A stretch of 64,000 nt of DNA from Bugula neritina. Taxonomy: Eukaryota; Animalia; Bryozoa. The notes under the pieces were generated by a model. It was not told the DNA's origin. It ran no database searches and saw nothing but the letters and a program-made list of their open reading frames with translations. The stretch spans positions 15,985,456 through 16,049,455 of the forward strand of contig OZ037770.1 in assembly GCA_964035545.1 (NCBI GenBank). The letters run 5' to 3'. Shown here piece after piece: positions 28,952 through 43,340 of this stretch (positions within the stretch are counted from its first letter, which is position 1; each line of letters opens with the position of its first letter). The translations under genes and the position numbers were made by a program.

Positions 28952-29789
28952 CTTTCTTGTCGAGATTTGTTTTGTCCTAAGGTCCGATGTAATCTTTTGT
29001 GTTGTTAACGCAGAGGTCAATGTAGGGACCTGGGCCAATATATTCCAACACCAGCTTAACCTGGCTCAAACTACAAAAGTTTCAAGACTTCAAAGAAAGC
29101 ATCACGAGTACAACAAATTTGATCGGAAAGAGAAAAGTGAACTGCTATAAGAGGACAGCAAAACAGGACAACAAGAATTATAACAAAGAGAAGAGAACAG
29201 GATAACAAAGTTACTAGAATGATTTCTACATGCTACATAATACATTTCGAGCACCTACATGTTCGGTTTCTATCCATTCTCAAAGACAGCCATAGCAATT
29301 AGGGAGCAGGAACCCACGGTGCTGCAACGTACAACGTCAGAGGATCCATGAGGGCATATGGTGGAGAGTTTGGGGCCTATAGGGTCCACTCCAAGAAGTA
29401 GAGACTAAACACAGCATGCCAGCTTATCAGCAGTAGATGTTTGGTGCCATAATATGTATCATGGAGCGATTCTTGCTAGCTATCACAGTATCTTCTGTAG
29501 CCCTGGTATCCATGCCCAGGATAACTCCATCCTAGAACACAGTCAATAGATGCAAGTCATGTAAACTCAATACTTCAGCAACTAACATTTCCTATTTTTA
29601 TTATGGCCATAACAATTGTTGAACAATAATAACCCCTAATCCACAAACAACTTTGTCTTAAACTGAATTTATTAACTATTTTTCAACAAATGAAAAATGA
29701 AACTTACCTTATATATTATCCCACATATAGTTGTGCCAGTACTGTAACCTTTTGGTGCTGTAAAACCCTCAGATGAAAGGTGAGCATTT
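28952..29789 (-). pseudogene. PSMB7: Unprocessed proteasome subunit beta-7 (beta2) pseudogene
   Basis: Exon 29789-29708 reads NAHLSSEGFTAPKGYSTGTTICGIIYK. Segment 29531-29255 reads [34 protein letters not shown] and then, after a deletion/frameshift, LLLGVDPIGPKLSTICPHGSSDVVRCSTVGSCSLIAMAVFENG*KPNM. The segment ending at 28952 reads GPGPYIDLCVNNTKDYIGP*. These match known PSMB7 motifs ([44 protein letters not shown]). Confidence 0.9.
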
Positions 29790-32700
29790 CTAAAATAACC
29801 AACTCTCAAGTTAATTCCTGTTGCTTGAAGAGAGATGTGCGTTTCCAAAGACTGAATGAAGAGAGAGCTGAAAGTGCAGGGTTTTTATTAGTCTAGAAAA
29901 TAGCTTTTGTCTGGAATAGCCAAAACAAGCAAATAACACAACATAGAAAAGCATAATGTAGCTAACATAGCCTAATGTAGCTAACATAGCTATGTTAATA
30001 AAATCAAAGCTTTAATGATTCAACAAAAGCTTTCCATGCTCATGTACTGTCCAAACAATTTTCATGCCTTACAGTGTACCTGTAAAAGCACTTATGCCCA
30101 AATGTCAACAGCCAATGAACTATGCAGAATAGTTGATGTGGACAACATATTTTCTCCCTTATAGTGCAGTAGAAATATATATAACGCAGGAGTTACCAAC
30201 CTTTCCCTAATATTCCCCTCTTTCATGAATATTGACTATTAATTCCCCCCTTTTGACAAACTGTGAAAATTTTTATAACTGGCATCATGATAATATAGGA
30301 TACAACAATATACATCATATGAAAAGTGAAGCAGTATTTACAGCTCTAAATCCTGCATGGCACACTAACAACTATCAAGACAAACATCCACAATAAAAGT
30401 GACTTTAAAAACAACAAAATTTAGTTGAAGCATCAAAAACCAGTTTTAGAGACTATAGAGAATAAGAACATTGTATATAATGCATAGTACCAGAGGCATA
30501 TAGTTTAAATATGAGACTTTGGCAGAATTAAGCTGCTACTGGTAAAACCCATTCGCTAGTAATTTAAAATTGGAAAATTCAGCCGATTGGGGTAAAATAA
30601 TATAATTAGGGTATAAAAGTAGACATCAACCACCAAGGGTATGTATAATCAGGTTAAGATAAACCGCATAAAACATCCAGGCCATACCAACTTATAGAGA
30701 AGCAAAATAATATATCAGTTCAACTTTAGTCAAATTTTATTTGTAATTCTTGAAAATATAACTCGATGAAAAGTTTGAAACTGTTTACTGGTAAAATTGT
30801 GATTAATTAAAAGTTTTCAAATAACTCTATTGTAAGTAGTTTAATCAAGGATTCGTGTTATACATAATAGGAATTGTTGGGACTTTACATAAGTTGGGAA
30901 AGCTGTTCCCTAATGCATTATAGCTTTTCATGTATTATTACAGCTATGCAAGCTATATTACAATTTTCCCGACACTCATTACGGCTACTCAACAATAGCT
31001 GACCTTTTTGACTGGTATAACAACCCAGTATTTTCGTCTACCTTTAAGCTTGCGTCTTGCAACTGCGCTTACAACTTGTGATGTAAAGGCTTTTACATTG
31101 CTACTTTCTTTTAAACTGCTACAATAAATATCTCTATATATTAAAAACAACAGGAATTACCTCCATATAGCTCATCCAGCTGACCCATGTGAAGAATAAT
31201 CTAGAATGACTTTGTCCAACTTTATACCCAATTGGTTGGTTGTCTAGTAGATGACCATCTGACCATCACAGCAGTTACTGTAAGAATAAAGCAGTCTATA
31301 ATTATGTGGTGTTGCATATCACGAAAAACAATGAAATAAAATACTAAATATATAACATATTTTATAAAAACACTATTGAAGAAAGCAACAAAAGTAAAAA
31401 TGGAGAACAACAGGGGGGAATTCACATTTTTTATTGATGTATAGGTGTACAGAAAAGTGTCACACTTGATTAATTTAAAAAAATGATTTGTTGAAAGAGC
31501 CATAACCAAAAATCAAAAATGAAAGCCTGACTTCTTTTTCTTACCACAAGCAAACATAGCACTATGTAAACTTATATTTTTTAATAAGAGGTTTTCACAC
31601 ATTCAGCAATAAATTGACAGAACAACAAATATGATTGAAGAGTGCTCATTTAGATGGAATGAGGTTTGGTAGTATTTACAAGCTCCGAAATCAAATGAAT
31701 TAATGATTGATGATGTTCAATGGAGGCAATGATTTTATTAACATGAAAGTAAAATCCTAAAATAAAATCCCAATCATGTGCTGATTTCTCATCTCTTCAG
31801 TCAAGTTTTGTATGGAGCTAGGGTAAGGTTGGCAAGAGCTATTACAATAGGCTGTTTTAACTTTCATTATGGCGATTCTTGAATGAAATAAACAGCTAAA
31901 ACTTTTAAAGCTAAATATAACGACAGAAAAACAGCCAAGTGTTACGGTAGCATTAATCAACAGTGGACTTCATAGCTAACAGAACATATAGTATCAGTAT
32001 TTTATGTGCCGAACAGAACAGTTTCATTTTAATCATCACTCTATAGTACAGTTCTATGTGCACAACTTTACAAAGTTATATATTCTACACCTTACACAAT
32101 TATATTGCAACTTTTATCAAAAGCAGACGCTTCAGTGTTTGAGTAGTAACGCTTGTTATGCTTATCTTAAATCATACTTTGTCCAAGGGAAGGTAGAAAA
32201 AGCTGAATCTAACATCATTTATGAGAGTAGCTATCCCTTGGTAGTAACTTTATGAATGCTAAAACCTACTAGCACATAATACAGGAAAAAAGCAAATATT
32301 GTTACAATAAACAATTCATTTAGACACAAACCTGAACCGATGAAAAGTTTCGTTGAATCAAACACAGAGAGAAGACAACTTCTAAATGGCATCTCATGGA
32401 TTTAAAACCAGTCTTGATAGCAAGGGAACTTTTATCTGCATGTGGTTAAACACGACTACAAAACAGACAAAAAATATTCTAAACTACCTTAATATATAAA
32501 ACATTTTATTTTAATTTGCTAATACAGTAAATGTTTGTAGAGCTGAGATACTAGTCTAATGCCTACAAGTGATTAACTTGAACAAATTCACAAGACTTGG
32601 AGTTAACAACACTAAAATAATAAATAAACCATAACATTGTTACTACCACTTCAAACAGAAATAGATATACATGAATTATGGACATCAGTTATTAAGAAGA

Positions 32701-35699
32701 ATACAAGAAGCACAAGATAGTTTATCCAATACATCGTGTAAAACTAGTAAAATTGAAACCACAGAGAAAATTATTGTAAATAATAAATACCTAATTATAA
32801 CCAAAAGGGGGCTCTCAGAACTGACCACAGTTGGCTAGGTCACATCTTCCTGGTGTAGACCAAATGTCCTGTAATGTGTGAATATCTGAGCTGCTCGGAG
32901 ACATTCTAAAAAAACAAAACATGCACATTTGATAAATTGAAATTGTTGAATAAATGATGACAGACATGTATGAGACAAATTATAGACTGTGAAATCTAGA
33001 GTATGGGAAATTTGTATCATGATAAAATCAACTTAGTCTACAGAACCAGAAAAGACACTTCTTTGAATCAGAAACTTTTTCAGTTGAAACAACGTAAACT
33101 GAATATTCCACTTTTTAACTTCCAGGAATGATTATGACTATAATGAGTATGTAACTGAAATAAAGTCAAACAAATTGAATTATTGGGTAGGAGTTAGAAT
33201 TTATTGCACAGTTATGGCTATTTTGAAAAGAAAATTTGATTTCAATTATGAGCCATACAGTACAGAGTGGCAAATCAATGAATTAAAATCATAAGCTTGT
33301 ACATGTGGTGAGCAAAGCAACAGCCGCACTATTACAGAAAGGTCATTGTAAAATGTTACTGTAAATATTTGTGCGAAGTCTAATACTCCTGCAGGGGGGT
33401 TGATATAGAATCACAAAAATTATGTCTAATGATTATATATCACAACAAAATACCGTAATTATTAAAACGGCATTATATGAATAGATAAATTAACCATCCA
33501 TTCAGTGTGGATAACAATAAATTAAGGCAAGCAGATAAAATCAAGCTGAAGACAGGTCTATTGTAAAATGAAAAACTTATAGAATGAAAATGAAAAAGAA
33601 ACTTTAAATGCTGAAATAAAAAAAAAATATGATACCAGCAAAAATGGCTTGGCATATTATATAATTAGTGGTACAGCAGCACCAATATTATGCTTAGACA
33701 AGAAATTATCCCAAAGGATAAATTTTCAACAAACTAAAGAAATGAGAAAGACTCACTGCATCAACTATTAGCTAGAAAACCTATATCAAACTAAAAGCAA
33801 TATAACAGCTAGGGTGCTAAAATGTATAGCTCACTATTTGTAGTATTACTAACATTTTTATTCTTAGTATTGATTTTGTGGTTTAGTTCAACAAACCAGA
33901 GGAGAACAGGGTAGAATTGTTACCTTGAAATCAAGCCAATTTAAAGCCAAGCTAAATTGAGATTCATTATATAAGCCTTGCAGCTGCATCTACTCAATTG
34001 AGGGCTTAAAATATTTGTTTTTGTTTTCAGAAATTCTTTTAAAAGTTTTTGAACTTGTTCATTGAGCTAAAACATATAAAATACTATAAATTAAGCTCAT
34101 GAATTACAACCATGTTCAGTGCCAGTGGGATGCACAGAATAAAAAGTGTCCATCATTGAAACTGTAATTAAATTAAATTAAATAACAGCTACAACTTTTA
34201 AAACAAAATAACATGACAGAAAAGCAGCCATGTGTTACGGTAGTGTTAATCAACAGTGGATTTCATAGCTAACTGCTTAGCACTGGAAGTTTTACTAACT
34301 CAAAATGTTGGTAGTGAAGGTTAGACAACACAAACTTAATGAAAGGAAGAGCAAATATTGTTGCAGTAAGCAATTAATTTAGACGCAAACCTGAACTGAT
34401 GAAAAGTTTTGATGAATGAAACACACAGAGAAGACGACTTCTACATGTGGACTTGTGAGCATCTAACAGATATAAAACGGGTCTTGATGGCAAGGTGACT
34501 TCTATCTGCATGTGGTTAAACACAACTACAAAACAGACAATAAATTTTCTAAAATACCTTGATATATAAAACAGTCATTTTAATTTGCTAATAGTAAATG
34601 TTTGCAGATCGAGCTGGGATTCTAGTCTAAAGAGTACAAGTGATTAACTTGAACAATTCCACAGGACTTGGAGTTAACAAAACTAAAATTATGAATAAAA
34701 GATAACATTTTTACTACTTCAAACAGAAATAGATAAACATGAATTATGGAGATTAGAATACAAGAAGTACAAAATAACGATTTGCCCATCATTTAAAATT
34801 GGTAAAATTGAAAACAGAGAAAATTATCATAAATAATAAATACCTAATTATAACCAAGATGGGGCTCTCAGAACTGACCACAGTTGGCTAAGTCCTATCT
34901 TCCTGGTGTAGACCAAATGTCCTGTAATGTGTGAATATCTGAGCTGCTCGGAGACATTCTAAAAAAACAAAACATGCACATTTGATAAATTGAAATTGTT
35001 GAATAAATGATGACAGGCATGTATGAGACAAATTACAGAATGTGAACTCTACAGTATTGGAAATTTGTATCATGGTGGAATCAACATAGTCTACAGAACC
35101 AGGAAAGACACTTCTTTGAACAAGAAATATAACTTGTTTTTTATAGTTATAGCAGTTTAAACTGAATTTACTCCACTTAAACTTTTTAATTTCGAACCAT
35201 GATTATGACCATGATGAGTATGTAACTAAAATAAAGTCAAACAAAATAAATCATTCAGCATAAGTTGAACCTTATTATAGCAAGAAAAAAATTAAAATAT
35301 TAGATTTCAATTATACTTTTATCCCTAGTATTGATTTTGTAGTTCAGTTCAACAGACCAGAGTAGAACAGGGTAAAAGTTACGTCAAAGTCAAGCCAATT
35401 TGAAGCAAAGCTAAATTGAAATTTATTATAACTATAATTATAAGCCTTGCAGTTGCATTTACTCAAATGACTGCAGTATCAAATTGACTAGAAATGGGTA
35501 GCAGTCTATCAATTAAATAAAATAATCAATGTGAATTCCAAGCCTATGAATAAATACAGATCAACAATCAGTAAACTAAAAGATAATGTTGATAAAAAGT
35601 TATTAAATGACATGCTAAACAAAGGTTTACCTTGGTAAGATGACCAAACAATTTCAGTTGCACGAACATTCACTATGAAGAGCAATTTACTACAATGAC

Positions 35700-35835
35700 A
35701 GTGCAGCAGACGTGCTCAGTCATCCGTAACCATCATTGCTCAGTCGTTTGTAACTGATCACGTGATTATTGGGGCATGCGCTACATCTCATGACTCACTT
35801 CCAATGGTGTTAGCAATTCAGTGCAATCTGTATGC
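35700..35835 (-). promoter_or_regulatory. Motif-dense putative promoter/enhancer module (further copies at about 44940-45075 and 55565-55705)
   Basis: ATGACTGAGCA (ARE-type, 35713-35723 on the minus strand), CACGTG 35759, CCAAT, GCATGCGC 35774 and TGACTCA 35791. On the minus strand it is followed by a donor AAG|GTAAAC at 35631. Confidence 0.4.
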
Positions 35836-38800
35836 AGCAAAAAAGAGCAATACTAACTTTGGTGCCTAAGATTCTATGAGGCCTCAAGTTTCAGAATATA
35901 ATGAAGGGAAAACAGAGATGTAGCAATCAAATACTTTTAAAAATTTGTCTTCTTTATGCAGCATTATCAATCATGCTTAGAGCAAAATAAACAGGAAAAG
36001 ATATCACTATGCTAAATTAACCATCAAGAAAAGAAACACAAACTCACGACACAAAGAGACATAAAGTAATTGAACAGGTGAGCTAAGAAAACTGCTTGTT
36101 CTAGAAGCCATTCAGTGTTGCAACTTGGTGTTCTGATTTTTGGAATTTTTATGGAGCTTTATCATCCTTCTAACCATTCACCATGAAATCACTAATTTCT
36201 GTTATTGATTGCAACTAGAGAGTAGCATGAAGTTAGGGACCTACAGCAAAAGGCCAGGGTTTCGCTTGCCCTCGCTTAGTCCCAACTCTGACTACTGTTT
36301 GCATTTAAAAAATGAAATGCTTGTTCACATGTGTTAGGGCAGGTCATGGTCATGAATTACTAAACAACCTGTATAGCATTAAGTTTACTATAAGATGTGT
36401 ATACTGTCACTGCCTGATAAAACAACACTTGTCAATAATAATTTTAAATAGCATGATTCTTAGGATGAGGAAAATTTTTACTTAATGCAATCTCATATTT
36501 CTAAACACTTATAGTTCTCAATAATTTAAACGTATACTGAAAATACATCAAACTTGAATATTTGATAAATAATAGTAAGAGAAGTAGAGGCTATGATATA
36601 ACAACAGAGAACAATTAAAGGACTGGAGAAAATAATGAGTTGAAATAAAACATACCACGGACAGATAAAGATGAGGATTACAGGGATGGGAAGAATAACA
36701 CAGAGAGAAAAATTGTACAGGTTGCTGTTCCTCTGCCCATTCTGTAACACAAAAAATAATAAATAAACTTGTTCAAAATACACTAGAAAAAAGGAAGCAA
36801 TAGAAACATCACCTGTAGAATTTTTTCTATCAAATTGACAAATTTATTAGCAAATTCCAAGCATTCAGAAAACCCTCAACACTAGGCTAACACTGTATAG
36901 GAGTATATATTATATATAAAGTTTCCAACTGGTTAAATAATTGAACCAACATCAAAATTCTATACTCGTATAATACAGACATATAGGACATAAGTAGGAA
37001 ATCTAGTAACCTAATGAGTTTAGTATAAAACAGTATAAATTTACAGCTCTAAAACCTGCATGGTAAACCAACAAGTCAAAACATCAAGGCAGACATTCAC
37101 AATAAAAGTGACTTTAAAACATTAAAATTTAATTGAAGCATGAAACATGTTCTTTTAGATAATACAGTATAGAAAATAAGTATATTGTATAATGCATAGT
37201 AGGAGAGATTTTGACAGAATTACACTGCACCCAAGCTAACACCTAAATGCTAGTCATTCAAAATTGGAATATTCAGCTGATTGGGGTAAAATAATATAAT
37301 TAGGGTATAAAAGTAGACATCAACCACCAAGGGTATGTATAATCAGGTTAAGATAAATCGCATGAAACATCCAAGCCATAACAACTTACAGAGAAGTAAA
37401 ATAATATATCAGTTCAGCTTTAGTGCAAATTTTATTTGTAATTATTGAAAATATAACTTGATGAAAAGTTTGAAACTGTTTACTGGTTAAATTGTGATTA
37501 ATTAAAAATTTCTGAATAATTCTATAACTAGTTTAATCAAGGATTCATGTTATACTTGATAGGAATTGTTGGGACTTTACATAAGTTGAGAAAGCTTTCC
37601 CTAATGCATTATTATAGCTTACAGCTATGCAAGCTATATTACGATTTTTTCACACTAATTATGGCTACTACCAAATAGCTGACCATTTTGACTGGTATAA
37701 CAATAACCCAGTATTTTCACCTATCTTTATGCTTGCGCCTTACAACTACACTTACAACTTATGATGTAGCTGTTTTACATTACTACTCTCTTTCAGTCTG
37801 CTACAATAAATATATCTGTATATTGAAAACAACAGGAATTACCTCAATATAGCTCTTACCGCTGACACATGTGAAGAATAATCTAGAATGACTTTGTCCA
37901 ACTTTATACCGAATTGGTTGGTTGTCTAGTAAATGACCATGTGACCGTCACACCAGTTACTGTGAGAATAAAGCAGTCTATAATTATGTAATAAAATACT
38001 AAATATAACATATTTTATAAAACATTATTGAAGAAAGCAATAAAAGTAAAAATGGAGAACAACAGGGGGGGGGGGGGGGGGCGAATTCACATTTTTTATT
38101 GATGTATAGGTGTACAGAACAGTGTCACACTTAATAAATTTAAAAAAATGATTTGTTGAAAGAGCCATAACCAAAAATCAAAAATGAAAGCCTGACTTCG
38201 TATTCTTACCACAAGCAAGCACAGCACTATGTATAAACTTATATTTTCTAATAACAGGTTTTCACACATTCAGCAATAAATTGACAAAGTAACAAATATG
38301 ATTGAAGAGTGCTCATTTAAATGGAATGAGGTTTAGTAGCATTTACATGAAAAAGCTTAAACAACTTCGAAATCAAATGAATTACTTATTGATGGTGTTC
38401 AATGAAGGCAATGATTTTATTAACATGAACGTAAAATCCTAAAATAAAATTCTCAATCATGTGCTGATTTGGCATCTGTCCAGTCAAATTTTGTATAGAG
38501 TTAGGGTAAGGTTGGCAAGAGCTTTTACAATAGGCTGTTTTACCGTTCATTAGAAAAATATTTGGCATTTCTTGAATGAAATAAACAGCTATAACTTCTA
38601 AAGCTAAATAAAAACGACAGAAAAACAGCCAAGTGTTACGGTAAAATTAATCAACAGTGGAGTTCATAGCTAACAGGACATATAGCATGAATATTTTATG
38701 TGTCACGCTCCTAAGGTTGCATTTTAATCATCAATCTATACAATTCCATGTGCACAACTTTACAAAGTTATATATTCTACACCTTATACAATTATATTGC

Positions 38801-41800
38801 CACTTTTATCAAAAGCACATGCTTCACTATTTGAGTAGTAACGCTTGTTATGCTTATCTTAAATCAAACTTTGTCCAAGGGAAGGGTATAGAAGAAGCTG
38901 AATCTAACGTCATTTATGAGAGTAGTTATCCCCTAGGAGCTAGAATAAAACTACTTAGGAGCAGATATGGGTCAAGTGATTTCACCTCATTGCCATGCAC
39001 TGGTAGTAGCTTTATGAATGCCAAAATCTAATAGTACATAACACAGGGAAAGAGTAAATATTTTTACAATAAACAATTCATTTAGACACAAACCTGAACC
39101 AATGGAAGGTTTTGATGAATCAAACACAGAGAGAAGACAACTTCTACATGTAGGCTTATGAGCATATTACAGATATAAAACTGGTCTTGATAACAATGTA
39201 ACTTCTATCTGCATGTGGTCGAACACGACTACAAAACAGACAATAAATATTCTAAACTACCTTAATATATAAAACATTTTATTTTAATTTTCTAATACAG
39301 TAAATGTTTACAGAGCTGAGATACTAGTCTAATGACTACAAGTGATTAACTTGAACAAATTCACAAGACTAGGAATTAAAAAGACAAAAATAATAAATAA
39401 AGCATAACATTTTTACTACTTCAAACAGAAATAGATATACATGAATTATGGACATCAGTTATCAAGAAGAATACAAGAAGTACAAGATAATGCTTTTCCT
39501 AACATAATGTAAAACTAGTAAAATTGAAAACACAGAGAAAATTATCGTAAATAATAAATACCTAATTATAACCAAAAGGGGGCTCTCAGAACTGACCACA
39601 GTTGGCTAGGTCCTATCTTCCTGGTGAAAACCAAATGTCTTGTAATGTGTGAATATCTGAGCTGCTCGGAGACATTCTAAAAAAACAAAACATGCACATT
39701 TGACAAATTAAAATTGTTGAATAAATGATGACAGACATGTATGAGACAAATTACAGAGTGTGAACTCTACAGTATTGGAAATTTGTATCATGATAAAATC
39801 AACATAGTCTACAGAACCAGGAAAAAAACTTCTTTGAATCAGGAACATAACTTGCTTTTATAGTTACAGCAGCTCAAACTGAATATTCCACTTTTCAATT
39901 TCGAGGAATGATTATGACTATAATAAGTATGTAACTGAAATAAAGTCAAACAAATTGAATTATTGGGTAGGAGTTAAAATTTATTGCACAGTTATAGCTA
40001 TTTTGAAAAGAAAATTTGATTTCAATTATGAGCCATACAGTACAGAGTGGCAAATCAATGAATTAAAATCATAAGCTTGTACATGTGGTGAGCAAAGCAA
40101 CAGCCGCACTATTACAGAAAGGTCATTGTAAAATGTTAGTGTAAATATTTGCGCGAAGTTTAATACTCCTGCAGGGGCTTGATATAGAATCACAAAAATT
40201 ATGTCTAATGATTATATATCACAACAAAATACCGTAATTATTAAAACGGCATTATATTAATAGATAAATTAACCATCCCTTCAGTGTGGATAACAATAAA
40301 TTAAGGCAAGCAGATAAAATCAAGCTGAAGACAGGTCTATTGTAAAATGAAAAATTTATAGAATGAAAATGAAAAAGAAACTTTAAACGCTGAAATAAAA
40401 AAAAATATGATACCAGCAAAAATGGCTTGGCATATTATATAATTAGTGGTACAGCAGCACCAATATTATGCTTAGACAAGAAATTATCCCAAAGGATAAA
40501 TTTTCAACAAACTAAAGAAATGAGCACTGACTCACTGCATCAACTATTAGCTAGAAAACCTTACATGAAACTAAAAGAAGTAACAGCTAAGGTGCTAAAA
40601 TGTATAGCTCACTATATTTGTAGTATTATACTAAGATTGTTATTCTTAGTATCGATTTTGTAGTTTAGTTCAACAAACCAGAGAAGAACAGGGTAGAAGT
40701 TATGTTGAAATCAAGCCAATTTAAAGCCAAGCTAAATTGAAATTCATTATATAAGCCTTGCAGCTGCATTTACTCAATTGACTGTAGAATTGCATTGACC
40801 TGAAATGAGGAGCAGTTTATCAATTAAGTAAAAAACTCAACGTGAATTCCGAGAATGAATGAATACAGATCAACAGTTTACTAAAGAAAATGTTAGTAAA
40901 AAGCTATTATAAATGAAGTATTGAATAGAGAATTACCTTATTGGTGCCATGACCAAGCAGTTTCAGTTGCTGGACCAGTTTCAGAATCTAATGAAGGGAA
41001 AGCAGAGATGTAGCAATCAGATACTTAAAAAAAAAGTGTCCTCCTTAAGCAGCATTATCAATAATGTTCAGGGCAAAATAAAGAAGAAATAAGCTAAATT
41101 AACCATAAAGAAAAGAAACACAAATTAATGATACAAAGAGACATAAAGAAATTGAACAGGTGAGTTACAGAAACTGCTTGCTCTAGAAGCTATTCAGGTG
41201 AATAATGAAAATGAGTGTTGCAACGTGGAATTTGACTTTTGGAATTTTTATGAAGCTTTATCATCCTTCTAACCATTCACCATTAAATCACTAATTTCTG
41301 TTATTGAATGCAACTAGATATTAGCATAAGGTTAGGGACCTAAAGAAAGAGGCCAGGGCTGTGCATGCATTTGCTTACTCCCAATTCTGACTACTGATTG
41401 TGGGTAAAAATTAAACCAGTTGTTTGAAATGAGTTGGGGCAGGTCACAGTCATGAATTACTATAGACAATTTGTATAGCATTAAGTTTATTATAAAATGT
41501 GTGTACTGTCACTGCCTGATAAAATAACTTGCATGGGTATTATTTCAAATAGCAGAAATTTGAGATAGGGTAATTTTAGAAAATAATGAGTTGAAATAAT
41601 ACATACCATACATACATGAAGATGAGGCTTACAGGGATGGGAAGAATAACAGAGAGAAAAAGAATACAGGTTGCTGTTCCTCTATACACATCCTGTGAAA
41701 CAAAAAAATAGTAAATAAACTTGTTCAAAATACAATAGAAAAAAAGGAAGCATGAGTTATATGGCAATAGTAACATAACCTGTAGCACTTTTTCTCCCAA

Positions 41801-42525
41801 ACTGACAAATTTATTAGTAGATTCCAAGCATTAGGAAAAGACGCAACACTATGTTAACACTGTAGGAGTATATATTATATCTACTGGTTAAATAATTGAA
41901 CCAACATCAAAATTCTATACTCGTATAATACAGATGTGTGATATAAGTAGGAAATCTAGTAACCTAATGAGTTTTGTATAAAACAGTATAAATTTACAGC
42001 TCTAAAACCCACGTAGCAAACCAACAATTCAAAGAATCAAGACAGAAATTCACAATAAAAGTAGCTTTAAAACAATAAAATTTAGTTGAAGCATGAAACA
42101 CCAGTTTTAGAGAATATAGAAAATAAGTATATTGTATAATGCATACTACGAGAGACTTTGACAAAATTACGCTGTACATGCCACAGTTAGCCCTAATTTG
42201 CTAAAAATTCAAAAATGCAACATCCAGCTGCATGACTGAAACTGAAAACTTGGACATGCGAAAGTAATAACCGGCTAACCTCACACTGCAAATAGAGTAG
42301 TATGCAGTTCACCTCAGTCTGAAAATAGTTCAGGTCAAGCAAAGATCAAACAACTCCAACTAATACCAATCCATCCAGAAGGAATATTATGAAGCAGCAA
42401 TTTCAGTAACCTGTAAGTGAAACAAACCAACACTGGGTTTGAGCCAGAAAGGTTTCAGACATATCTAAAGCAAATAAAGTTGCAAAGATATGCAAATGAT
42501 ATTTTTATACAAAGCTAGGGTGAGA

Positions 42526-43340
42526 CAAAGGTGATCTATATGAGAGTGGCGACTTTAGGGAATCATGGGGACATCATTATGCAGAATTCTGCGCTGCGAG
42601 TTTATATAAGTTAAAAAGGGAAAATTTTGTCACTTTTTTTATTTCATTATTATTTCTATTTTATGTGTACATTTTTAATTTTATTTATTGCTATAGTTTT
42701 TAAACACATTCTTTATGCATATAAAATTAAAAACAAGTTTAAAACTCACTCACTAATAATTATGCATGTGTAGCTTAATATATTGACAAAAGAAAGCCCA
42801 AAGTTATTCAATTTAATTTTAAATAGCATGAGGAAATTTATTTGAATTAAATTCTTAAAAATTATTGTTATTTGAACTATTTTAAAAAGTTTTATCTAAT
42901 ACTAAGTTCACACCTTTTAAACCATAAATCAATCATTAAATAATTCATTGAGTGCTTTAAATATTTTTTTTGTTTTTGGAATTTTTTTAAAAGTTCTTAA
43001 ACTTGTTTATTGAGTTAAAACATATAAAACACTATAAATTAAGCTCATGAATTACAACCGTGTTCAGTGCCAGTAAGCTGCACGAAATAAAACGTGTCCA
43101 TCATTGAAACTGCAATTAAATCAAGTTTCTGTTGATAATCGAATAAAAATTGTTGAATTAATTTATAATTTCTATTATAAATCTTTAGGGAAAACATGCA
43201 AAAAGGACAAAAAACTCAGTGAAATTATCACGTAACAATCAACTGTAATTATATAATAATATGAGGCACACCTCCTACCAATAAGTAGCATAATGGTGGA
43301 CAACGCCCTAAAATTGCCGCTCTCATATCGATCATCTCAG
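42526..43340. mobile_element. 815-bp MITE (8-bp TSD; hAT- or P-like), copy 1
   Basis: Imperfect TIRs of about 35 bp (TGATCTATATGAGAGTGGCGACTTTAGGG / CCCTAAAATTGCCGCTCTCATATCGATCA). Flanks GGGTGAGA / GGGTGAGG. The left end is homologous to the arm of the 11319 element. Confidence 0.8.

Larger units (their letters stand above)
23110..33260. repeat. Large inverted duplication: arms about 23110-27292 and about 29480-33260, spacer about 2.2 kb
   Basis: Colinear reverse-complement matches, e.g. 27181 AATAGGAAATGTTAGTTG vs 29578 CAACTAACATTTCCTATT; 25594-25710 vs 31161-31278; 23519-23634 vs 32791-32906. Confidence 0.9.

Noticed and set aside
38657-39031. Recurrent 80-124 aa ORFs in the array (also 24287, 32004 and 47895)
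   Set aside because: Frames and stops differ among copies, and they lie antisense to the splice-site polarity.
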